In this document: positions 28,193-37,962 of the stretch, piece after piece | Layout: the number at the start of each line of letters is the position of its first letter | Numbering within the stretch: position 1 is the stretch's first letter | Source: Blepharisma stoltei ATCC 30299 | Taxonomy: Eukaryota > Protista > Ciliophora | Assembly: GCA_965603825.1 (NCBI GenBank) | Contig: CBFDEM010000054.1 | Location: 1 to 64,000, forward strand | Length of the DNA stretch: 64,000 bases | Direction: 5' to 3' | Program-made: the position numbers and the translations under genes | The notes under the pieces: model-generated | What the model saw: the letters and a program-made list of their open reading frames with translations, nothing else | The model's database searches: none | What the model was told of the DNA's origin: nothing

Positions 28193-29062
28193 TTATGCAA
28201 ACCTCTGAAGGAACCGATTCCACCTCCCCTTCTTTTTGTTTTCTCCATTCTCAGGTCTAATATACAAGCTCTCTGGAAACCTCAGCATGCTGTCTCCTTT
28301 TGCCCCGGGATTAACTGAAATCCCACACTGCATTAAAAACGCTGCAAAAGGTAACGATAAATCATCAAAAAAATCAAATTCATTGTGTGTCATTTCTTTA
28401 GGCAAGAGCAAACAGCATGGCCCAGGGCAAAGGTCATGGAGCTGCTGTGAGTTTTCTCATGCGATGAGATTGTCTTTTTGACCGTGAATAAGGAAGGTAG
28501 GGCAGGTGATTTTGGGCATTAGATCGATGTTTTTAAATCTTTCTTTTACAAATTTCATAGCAAGCCTTCCAGCTATTTTTTTGACAGCTGCTTTAATTGA
28601 TGTATAAGCCGACATCAGCAGTAAAGCGCCTGGGTTTCTATTGGCAGCAAGCCAAGTTGCAGGGCCTGACCCAATTGATCTTCCAAATACTATAATGTCA
28701 CGTGTATTTATATGCATTTCTTGGACTAAATATTGAAAAATATCGTCTGCGTCTATAAGGACTTGTTTTGCACTACATTTTCCAGGGTAAATCCCATATC
28801 CTGGGTACTCAACCCCGATAACATGGACACTCAGTGTTGACCGTAAATGTTCAATAAGGTGGTAGCATAGGCCTAAATCTTCGGCATTCCCGTGAAAATA
28901 TAAAAGGACTTTGCTGGAGCCCCTGTTGCATGGGAGATAGATGCAAGGAATTGGATGATTTAATGGGTTTGAGGCACGGGGGATTCAAATTGTTTCTCCT
29001 CGAAATGTAGAATTGTCATAGGAAGGTTTTGGGGATGGAAAAATTATGTTGTTGAGCTCCAT
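28193..29062 (-). CDS. ABHD17-like alpha/beta hydrolase
   Basis: LYFHGNAEDLG, EYPGYG, GRSIGSG nucleophile, IHGQKD, THN catalytic His. Confidence 0.9.
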
Positions 29063-29225
29063 CTTATAATGTGAAAACTATAGAGATATATTAATATTAT
29101 ATGAAAAGAAAAGAAAATTAGTTAGTTTTTTTTATTTAAAAAATGATTTTTATGTTTAAATAGAGAATGAGACTGAAAGAATTAGACAGAAAATGACCAA
29201 GGAAGATTAAGCTGAATCAAGCTAT

Positions 29226-30146
29226 TTAACTAATGGTAAAGCCGGTTAATAAGCGAAATATTGATGCTGGATAGTACCCAATATCAAACGGGCCTGAAGC
29301 AGAGATAAACTTTTTAGCATAATCATTGATTTCATCCATATTCTCTTTATAGTTCATAATTGTCAACGAAATTCCATTTTTACTTGTCATATTTAAAATT
29401 GTTCCGATCATTTCGCCAAACTTGCAATTCATCGCCATCATGTTTGTTGAATTTTCCCATATTTTGAAAAAAGTTTTAGAATCTTCACAAAGTATCCGAA
29501 GGAATATGCATAAATCAAAATGCAAAAGAGCTCTATAGCACATTTGAGGATAATAGTCTAATATGTAAAAACAATTCCCAAAATTTACTGTAGGGGGTTG
29601 TAGGCCTTTTATTATTCCTCGATAGAATTGCTCTAGGTAGTATGATTGGCTTGAGGTTAATTCTAATTGCTGGATTATTTTTCTTTGAGAGATAAAGGCT
29701 GATTGTAAGAGGTCAAGAAACTGCTGTTCGGCAGATTGAAAATCTGATTGCTTTATTGATGATATAAAAGCATAAAGTGTTGAAGAGAACGGGGATGGGG
29801 TCAAGTGAAGTTCTGAGAATAGCTCATGCGAGTCATTTAACGAATTATCAATAGACAGAAGAAAAGCCTCAAAGTTGCGGTTGGAAAGGGTTGAAGAAAG
29901 ACTTGTTATAAGAGTATTTAACTGCCCATTAAGGGATTCAGGTAAAATATTTTCATTAAATTCGCCTACGAGCTTGTAGAAGTTGTTTATTATAGCGTCC
30001 AGTTGGTCGACGTCAAGACATTCAGGATTTTCAATAGGATTACCCACAATTTTCAAGTGGGCATCTAGAATGAAATCCTTTATGAGCTCAAGAGGATATG
30101 AAAATACATACACCACAGACAATATAATAAGATAGCTTACTTTCAT
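29226..30146 (-). CDS. Secreted helical protein, paralog of 30416-31354
   Basis: Signal peptide; shares KDF...P.EN..CLD and the C-terminal GY..A.I.+LL.F.IS with its neighbour. Confidence 0.75.
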   Translation of the reverse strand: MKVSYLIILSVVYVFSYPLELIKDFILDAHLKIVGNPIENPECLDVDQLDAIINNFYKLVGEFNENILPESLNGQLNTLITSLSSTLSNRNFEAFLLSIDNSLNDSHELFSELHLTPSPFSSTLYAFISSIKQSDFQSAEQQFLDLLQSAFISQRKIIQQLELTSSQSYYLEQFYRGIIKGLQPPTVNFGNCFYILDYYPQMCYRALLHFDLCIFLRILCEDSKTFFKIWENSTNMMAMNCKFGEMIGTILNMTSKNGISLTIMNYKENMDEINDYAKKFISASGPFDIGYYPASIFRLLTGFTIS

Positions 30147-30415
30147 TTTATAATGAGAAGATATAAATATATCTTCAGGATGGAAAAAGGGGTGATTAAT
30201 ATCAATTCTTTTGATAAATAATAAATATCATCAGAAAAGACCAGAAAGTCTATATATCTATAAGCGCATCAATAATTATTAAAATTATTGCTACTTTTAA
30301 GCTAATTTGTTTTGAAACACTCACTTTTATGGAAGGTTGACTAAGCAATGACGATGCTTAATAAGATAATTATTTTAATCAGCCCTACTTTTTAGAAATG
30401 GTTACTTAAGCAAAC

Positions 30416-31354
30416 TTAAGAAATGGAGAAGTTCAACAGAACTTTGAGGATATAAGCTAAGTTATAGCCCATCCCATAAGTGTTCCATTCTTCAGTGTCT
30501 TGAATGAGCTCATCAAAGTGATCTAGGATATCAGTTGATTTACTGAAGTATCTGAACATTACTGTTACAAAGTTCTCTGGGTCAGTAAGTGCTTCAATAT
30601 CACTGATTAGTGTTTCCATTTTGCAGTCGTTATAAATACTTGAAACTGCTGAATTAAATATAGTCAGATATGCTGGGACATCATTGCAAGCAGTAAAGTT
30701 CAAATAAGCGCATTTTTTGATTTCTTTGTATGCGTTATTCATTGATGGCATTATCATTGTGGTAGTATTGTAGCACTTAGTAAGAGGGGTGGACTTCGCT
30801 TGGAATCCCATAGCAGCTCCTTCAAGAAACAGTGTAAAGTTAGCTGCGAACGCATAAAGTCTATCTTGTTTTAGCTGATAGTCTCCAATTGGAATCATAA
30901 GCTTCATCATATTTCCCAATTGTTCTCCAGCAAGCTTGAACTCTCCTGCCTCAATTTGTTTCTGGAGGTCTGCAGAAATTGCTTTAATTGTGCTGAATTC
31001 TTGAGAAATTCTTAAGAAAAGCTGGTCGCCCTCAGTTGATAAACTTGATGAAAAAGCTTCGACATAAGTTTCAAGGCCACAGTTAGCGAAGACTGAAGAA
31101 ATGTCTGGAACAATGAAGGCTAAGTGGTGGATAAGGGTTTGGAGGGATCTATCCTCTCTATAATCCATAAAAAGCCTATCCAAGGAGTGATGAAGATTTG
31201 ATTGTGATTTATCGTCAAGACACCTGGAATTTTCTAAAGGAACACCTGCAAAGGACAGATAGACACCTTCTAAGAAGTCTTTAGCGCTATCAAATGACAT
31301 AGGGCGAGAAGTAACGCATAAAGCGAGCGTAAGAACTAAACAAAAAGCTCTCAT
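30416..31354 (-). CDS. Secreted helical protein with internal two-fold repeat
   Basis: Signal peptide; two FLEG...C...C...G..L units. Confidence 0.8.
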   Translation of the reverse strand: MRAFCLVLTLALCVTSRPMSFDSAKDFLEGVYLSFAGVPLENSRCLDDKSQSNLHHSLDRLFMDYREDRSLQTLIHHLAFIVPDISSVFANCGLETYVEAFSSSLSTEGDQLFLRISQEFSTIKAISADLQKQIEAGEFKLAGEQLGNMMKLMIPIGDYQLKQDRLYAFAANFTLFLEGAAMGFQAKSTPLTKCYNTTTMIMPSMNNAYKEIKKCAYLNFTACNDVPAYLTIFNSAVSSIYNDCKMETLISDIEALTDPENFVTVMFRYFSKSTDILDHFDELIQDTEEWNTYGMGYNLAYILKVLLNFSIS

Positions 31355-32201
31355 TTACAATTATAAATGGCGTAGAAATTCATAAAAATATCATATGCGA
31401 ATAAAAATGTCTGCAAGCAGCAGGTTTCTGGTGAAATAAGACATTTTAACAGCAATGTCTTCAGCAGCCTACAATTTATGTTAGAAAATATAAAAAATTT
31501 ATAAATTATTGAAACTAATAAAATAAATGACATTATTATTAAGCTGGGATGGTATGTTGATTTAAATGTTTATATTTATTTGCTTTCACTAATGTTCTTG
31601 ATTAATCTGAAATACTTCTCCTATTCTGCTTTTAATAGACAAAAATTATAATTATTATTAGTCATTACTCCACTTGCCTTTCTGAACTTACTGTGATAAC
31701 TCCTTTGAGGTTTTGCAACGAAGAGTGTGTAATAAAGCTATATTTAGTAATAGTTGCAATAAATATCAAATAGATAAATAATCAAACGAAAAATTAAATT
31801 TTTAATTTTACATAATAACCTACATGCTACTGCAACATAAAGGTAGCATAGATAAACAGAGAATATAGTAATTATTATAATCGAGAATTGATGGGTTAAA
31901 ATTTTGTGCTTTAAAAATATTCTTATTTATTCTTTATTCTATTTACCCAAATTTAATATGTAAAATTATTTTCCGTAAGTGATGAGTAATATATATGTCT
32001 ATTTTTATTCAAAACTAGTTATTTAATTTTTAAAATGAAAAATAAGCAGCTAAATGAATTAATTTTCTAATTAAATTCTTCTTAAAAAAATCAGAGACAA
32101 AAGAAGTCATTTTTGCCTCTTTATTCCTTTTAATCACCCATAAAATCTCAAAATAGCTCAAAATTGCTCATTTTTCATTTAAATAATCCTTAAAATTTTA
32201 A

Positions 32202-35081
32202 ATGGATAATGCACCAATTTCCAAAAGTCTCTCAACAACTCCTACACCAAAATGAAATTATTCCATCGACATGACCTCCTCCAACTTCGATTCAAGCACT
32301 TATTGAAAAAAAAGACTAAACGCAACCACCGTTATCAAAGAGGAAGAGCCTTTATCTTCAGAACACAAAACCATTTCACGTCGTGTCCCATCAATCCGCT
32401 CTTCCAAGCGAATTTTAAAAGAAAACCCTGACCCTGATAACGCTCCACAGCTAGAACGTATAAAAGAGCATGTAAAAGACAATTTTAATAAGCGCAGACA
32501 TGATGTAGTCCAAGAATTAACAAAAGGTTTATCAAATTCTGACCTGAAATCCTTAAAAGACATGGCAATCAAGCGAGCCTTAAACCGCACCGAAAAAAAG
32601 CTCCAAAGTAAAATCACGATTATGGAGCTTTTTAACAGCAAAGTCAATGAACGAATAGAATCCAGCAAAAAAATCATGACAAAAATCAGGATTGAAGAAA
32701 ACCCTTTGCGGATTTCAGTTATACATACAGTCCTAGGAAAATGCCTACGAGTGCTTGAAGCTCATATTGATGAATGCCGCAATGATTACCAAAGAGGCTT
32801 AAAAGTAAATACCATTGACCAGCATGGAAGGACAGCACTACATTATGCTGCTTGTTTAGGACAAATAGGAGCTATAGAAATGTTAATATATAGCGGGACT
32901 GACCCACGCATACAAGATATATATGGAAGGACTGCACTGCATTATGCTTCTTTGCAGGATAATAAAGAAGTTGTAGATATTTTGATTAATTTGTACCCAA
33001 AAGCTTTGAGGATGCTGGACAAGCTTTCTGAGACCACAAATGACAGAACTGTAGCAAGGCTTTTAAAGTATAAAAGGCTTAGAAAAATGGCCAAAGCTAA
33101 AAATACTAATGCAATAAGCATCGCTAGTATGGAAACGTCGAGCATTTTTGTGGATTTTGATGTCTTTGATGAAGAAATCCACAAGATTGCTGAAAGAATG
33201 GACTATTCTGAAGGGACTAACGTAATGAAACCTCGAAGAATCGCCACAAAAATCCCTACAGATTTCATAGGAACTGTGGATCATCTAGGACGAACAGCTC
33301 TTCATATGGCTGCTCTTTGTAACACTGTCCCTATAATCCGAGCATTAATTGACAGCGGGGCTGATCTTGACGTAAAAGACTATAACGGGAAAAAGCCAAT
33401 CGATTTAGTCGTGTCCAGGGTAGCTGCAACTATAATTATTTCTAAAATGAAAATGCCTAAAGCTAAGCACAAATCGTTAAAAGTCACAACTGATGAACAA
33501 ATTTTTGAGCAAAAAAACACAATAGACACCAAAGATATTTTGCTGATGGACGAAGAGTCGTTATTGAACTATCGGAATGGCCAGCTTTCTGATAACTATA
33601 TGATTTTAGCAGTAAAAAAAAACTCGCTGGAGTCTGTAAAAGTCCTGCTGGATAGAAAAATGAGCCCTCTGACGTCAAATAAAAATCATTGGACTTCTGT
33701 GCATTTTGCCGTGAAATTAAATTGTATGAAAATATTAAATCTATTTATTATGGGCCATGAAGAAATCGGAAAAGGAAAAGGCTTCAAATATGCAAGACCC
33801 TGAGTTGCTGACTCTTGAGCAGCCTTAGACCAAATAACAAGTGAAAACTGAACGATTCTCCATATAGCAGTTTCTTACTCAGACCCAGAAATACTTATAT
33901 GGCTTCTAAGTATCTACAAGCAGCGCCAAGAAGCTTTAATCCATCGAAGCACCCTACCCCAGCAATTTCAAGACATGAAAATCATTTCCCTTGAATCTAT
34001 GCTCGAAAAAGACACAAAAAGCCGGTACACCCCTTTTCTAATGGCAGTTAAACAAGAGCGAATGGAAATGGTGCAAATTTTGATGGAAAACAACTGCAAT
34101 ATTTATGCCCACAACGAAAAAATGCAAAATGCTCTTCATATTGCGACGCTGAATGGGAATAAAAAATTAATTGAGATGATAGTAAAAGCTGATAGTGATA
34201 GAAACCAGCTAAGAAATGAAAGGGACTTTAAAGAGAGGAAGCCAAGAGATCTTGATATAACTGGAAGGCTCACAGAAAGCTTTTACCATATATGAGACTA
34301 TGCGAAAAATGGGAATTTTAACATGTTAAGAGAAATGATCCTTACAAAAGTTTTCAGTGTCAATGCACAAACACCCAAACGAAAAATGACGCCACTTCAT
34401 ATTGCAGTTGAAGGAAAGCAGCTTCATTGTATACATGTGCTAATCCAATTAGGAGCCAATGTAAAACTTACGAATTTTGATGGAAAAACTGCTTTAGATT
34501 TAGCTCTAGCTAACCAGGAGTATCATTTTGAGAGTGTCGTAATAAAAATGCTGAGAGGCGATACTATGCTAAACACAAGCCTTTCAGAAATAAAGCTTGA
34601 CCAATATTATAAAGACTATATGCTCCACAAAACCATTGTAAAAAAGAAGCTGAAATTCAAAGATGTTGAAGACTACATGAAAATCCCTTTATTTTCCAAC
34701 CCCCGAACCAGAGTAAAAATAGAAAAAGCTACAGAAGACTATTGGAGAATTATGAGAAACCAACTGAATTCTAAAAACATCAAGCTTTCTGAGCTTTTTA
34801 ATATGATTGACAAAGACAAAGACGGGGCTCTGACGTTTGTAGAGTTTGAAGGGATGATGATTTGGCTTGGGATGCCTCTAAATGCTGACCAAATCCAGAA
34901 TTTAGCAATGGTGCTGGATCGGAATCAAAATGGCCTGGTAGAGTATGAAGAACTGATAAGAAAATTCAATGAAAGCTCGGTTGTGGATAAACAGAAAAGA
35001 ATGAACTCTGGGAACTTCCCAAAGATAAAATTGGCTGGGCAGAAGTCGTATGAGAAACTTTCGAAGACTTTTTATATGTAA
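32202..35081 (+). CDS. Ankyrin-repeat protein with C-terminal EF-hand pair, 959 aa
   Basis: Multiple GRTALH/TPLH ankyrin repeats; EF-hands DKDKDGALTFVEF and DRNQNGLVEYEEL; fragments in one frame joined by TGA. Confidence 0.88.
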
Positions 35082-35113
35082 TTATTCAATAATTTTTAAA
35101 TTAAATAATCCTG

Positions 35114-35842
35114 ATGGAAAATTCAAGAGTTTGACTGCTTTTGATTAAACAGGTTTTTAAGAGGAAAATACAGCGAGTTTTCATTCATTGGCAAAAACAA
35201 GCTATGAAAAAATCAGTCTATGAAAAATATTCAAAACTCAAATCTTATGCATCAAAATTAGCTCGAGCCCGAGTCGCTGGTAAGGCTCCAAAGATTGAAA
35301 TAAAAACAGTCAGAGCCCAAAACCCTACAAAAAACAATGATTCCTTTAGCATTGAAAATAAAGAAAACTCTAGACCCCCAAGAAAATCAAGCAGCAAGCC
35401 TTTGTCAAAGCAACAGTCAATTTCAAAGCCAACTTTAGAATTTACTTTAGGAAATGATGACACAAATCCTATAGAAAAAGAGCCAACCCAAAGGGAAAGA
35501 AGGACTTCAAGTTTTACAACAAGCAGCTCAGCATCCTCATTATTGGACAAAATCAAATCAGAAATGAGGCAAAAAGCAAGAAGATCTGAAACCCCAAAAA
35601 ATATCAGAAAAGACGAAAAGCCTAAATTTTCTGATAATAATGAGATAACATTTGCAAAATCGGCAAAAAAAAGCGGGAAATTTGACCATGTGGCTGTTGT
35701 CAGCAGTGCTTCTTCGGTTGGGCTGGGAAACAAATTAAGTTTTATAATGAAAAATGATAAAAGAGATGATTTGGTGCTGTCTGAGGAAGAAATTGATATG
35801 CCTGTACAAATAGTATCATTTGATAATGGCCAAGTTTTATAA
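35114..35842 (+). CDS. Uncharacterised basic, low-complexity protein
   Basis: ATG at 35114 reads through one TGA into the 233-aa ORF-track fragment. Confidence 0.65.
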
Positions 35843-35887
35843 GATATTGGTATTAATAAGTTAAATCTTGTTACTTTAATATACATT

Positions 35888-36805
35888 TTATCCACTCAAA
35901 TTCTTATGGTTTTCAAATGAGTCAGTGTCACTAGGCCTCATAGTGGCACCTTCTACTATTTTCAGCTCTTCAGATGTACCAATCAGTGTTTTCGTTTCAG
36001 GGTAATGATTTCTAGGAGAGATTTCTTCATTCGACCTATTAGAATTTACATCCGCTTTTTCGCCTGAAGTCGCTTCTGTGTGACTCATTATTTTATTTTT
36101 TTTCCTCATCTGGCATATATAGTCATAAGTTGTCATACCATTCGACCTCAGCCAAATATGGAAAATAATTAATTTTCCATTCGCTAAAAATACAGCCAGA
36201 CTTATAGAGGTCTGGAAAAAGATGAAAGCGTCGATGACTTGTTCACCTGTTTCTCCATAAATATCTATTCATTTTTCTTTTGTTTCTTGATAGGAATATC
36301 GATCAATTATCGTATATAAACCAAAAATAATAAAAATCAAGCCATTTATTTCGAGTACTACAATAAGGTATATGAAAAGCTTGTAGTTTTTTCCTCCTAT
36401 ACAATTATTAAGTCATTTACAATGATGGTCAAAATCAGAGACACAGCGATTGCAATATCCGCAATGTTTAGAATTTCCAGCTACATAAAATGAGCAAATT
36501 GTGCATACAGCTTCTCTATTCCTTTCATCAAAAGATAGCCTAAGTTTTATTTACCCATTATTTATTGCATACTCTTGCTGATAAACCAAAGGATCTGTGG
36601 GGTCTGAGCAAGTAGCTAAGACTCCTAAAATTCAATATAATATTTGAGCTGGCCAAAATAGCAGTGAAAAAACAATTTGCAAAGAAGTTTCCAGGATAAG
36701 TGTGATCAGAATTGCGACAGCTACTAAGAAAAGACTCATCAATCAGGTCGCTATTTGAAAGGGGTGATAAGGTCTGCTGAAACCATTTTGTTTTCGGGTG
36801 TTCAT
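35888..36805 (-). CDS. DHHC palmitoyltransferase (ZDHHC1/11-like), one 15-nt intron
   Basis: [12 protein letters not shown]-terminus; CTIC...[20 protein letters not shown](TGA)-LNNCIG; TTYDYI motif. Confidence 0.92.
36540..36554 (-). other. 15-nt intron GTAAATAAAACTTAG
   Basis: Contains an in-frame TAA; A at position 10. Confidence 0.9.
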
Positions 36806-36816
36806 ATAAATATTAA

Positions 36817-36966
36817 ATGCTGGATGAATATGTAGTGGGTTCTTTGCTAGTAATAGTGATTGTATTTGTTATTGCAATTACCTACTTTACTATGAGAAAT
36901 ATGAAATATGAAGATCTAATTGTTATGAATGATCAATTTGTTTACTATGGGAAGAAATTTAATTAA
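36817..36966 (+). CDS. Putative 49-aa single-TM microprotein
   Basis: MLDEYVVGSLLVIVIVFVIAITYFTMRNMKYEDLIVMNDQFVYYGKKFN*; one clean TM helix. Confidence 0.5.
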   Translation: MLDEYVVGSLLVIVIVFVIAITYFTMRNMKYEDLIVMNDQFVYYGKKFN

Positions 36967-37233
36967 AGATTTTGTATTTCAATTAATAAATGAAAATAAA
37001 CATATTCGATTAAAAATTGTTTTTCTATGAAATTTCAAGCCAAGGCGGCTCTTTTTTATTGCAATTCCCTTTTGTATATGCATTTCTAAATACTTCTATT
37101 TTCACATGCCAAAAGAAATTTACCCAGTATAGCATAAATAATTTTTCCAGAATTAAAGCTAAAGTGAAAGTAATCACATTTAATTATAAAATTTTAATAT
37201 AATACCGATTTTGATAATTGATTAATAAGTTAA

Positions 37234-37289
37234 ACACTCCTCAATATAGAGACCCTGTAAGTTTGCTCCCTATACTTCACATAGAGTGT
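37234..37289 (-). promoter_or_regulatory. Eukaryotic SECIS element (GUGA core, type II-like)
   Basis: Minus-strand RNA: ACACUC-UAU-GUGAA-GUAUAGGGAGC-AAA-CUUACAGG-GUCUCUAUAU-UGAG-GAGUGU. Helix I is ACACUC/GAGUGU, the core is a UGAA/UGAG tandem G.A quartet, helix II is ~10 bp, and the apex has AAA plus a mini-stem. Confidence 0.85.
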
Positions 37290-37307
37290 ATTGCCCAATC
37301 TTCTGGG

Positions 37308-37877
37308 CTAACGTCATCCTCCTTTTTTATTAAGATCAACGCCTATGTCATTCCACGTTGCCTTTTTTCCACATCCTTTCGCTTGAGGTTTTGAATCTTG
37401 AGTCGGCAATAAGTGGGTATTCGTCTCTTTTCTGTCTAATCTAGCTTGATCTAAAAGCCTTTTTTTGGCTTCTTCTTTAGCTTTCATTTCTTCTCTGATA
37501 GCTCTTTGTTGTCTTTCACGTTCTTTTTCTTCTTCAGATTTTAAAAGTTCATTAATTTCTGATGAAGTTACTTCTATGATTGGCAGAGCAATGTCCAGTA
37601 TTTCAACTGCACTAGAAAATTCATAGTCAGGGCCATTATCTCTATAGCCGATAAGATATAAAATGTCATTAATATTGCGAAGAGACAACAGCTTAGTTTG
37701 TATAGCTTTATTTGTTTTTTTTATTGACCTGAATTTGGCTTCTTCAGGGTGTTCAGATATATTTTGAAGTAATTTGATTAGGATTAAAATCCCATTTTGA
37801 GCATTGTTTGGTCCATTTTCTTGGATTAATTGTTGAAGGCGATGGTATATTTGGGTGTCAAGATCTTCTGACTCCAT
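37308..37877 (-). CDS. PUB-domain protein, candidate selenoprotein ending GG-U-R (189 aa, Sec188)
   Basis: PUB motif LIKLLQNISEHPEEAKFRSIKKTNKAIQTKL...LYLIGY, then a coiled coil, then GGA GGA TGA CGT TAG. A SECIS lies in the 3' UTR. Confidence 0.85.
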
Positions 37878-37962
37878 ATTTATAAAGTATCTGCGTGGCT
37901 GAAGAACTAATGTTTTCTTATTAACTATATTTTTGCATAAAATTTGCATATAAAATTAGGTT

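Noticed and set aside
35245-35895. 216-aa hydrophobic minus-strand ORF
   Set aside because: Antisense shadow of a Lys/Ser-rich + strand gene; the same pattern is seen at 46039 and 51069.
37878-37949. Upstream extension of the PUB protein (MQILCKN...)
   Set aside because: AT-rich sequence within the shared divergent promoter; the ATG at 37877 has the A/T-rich context typical of starts here.
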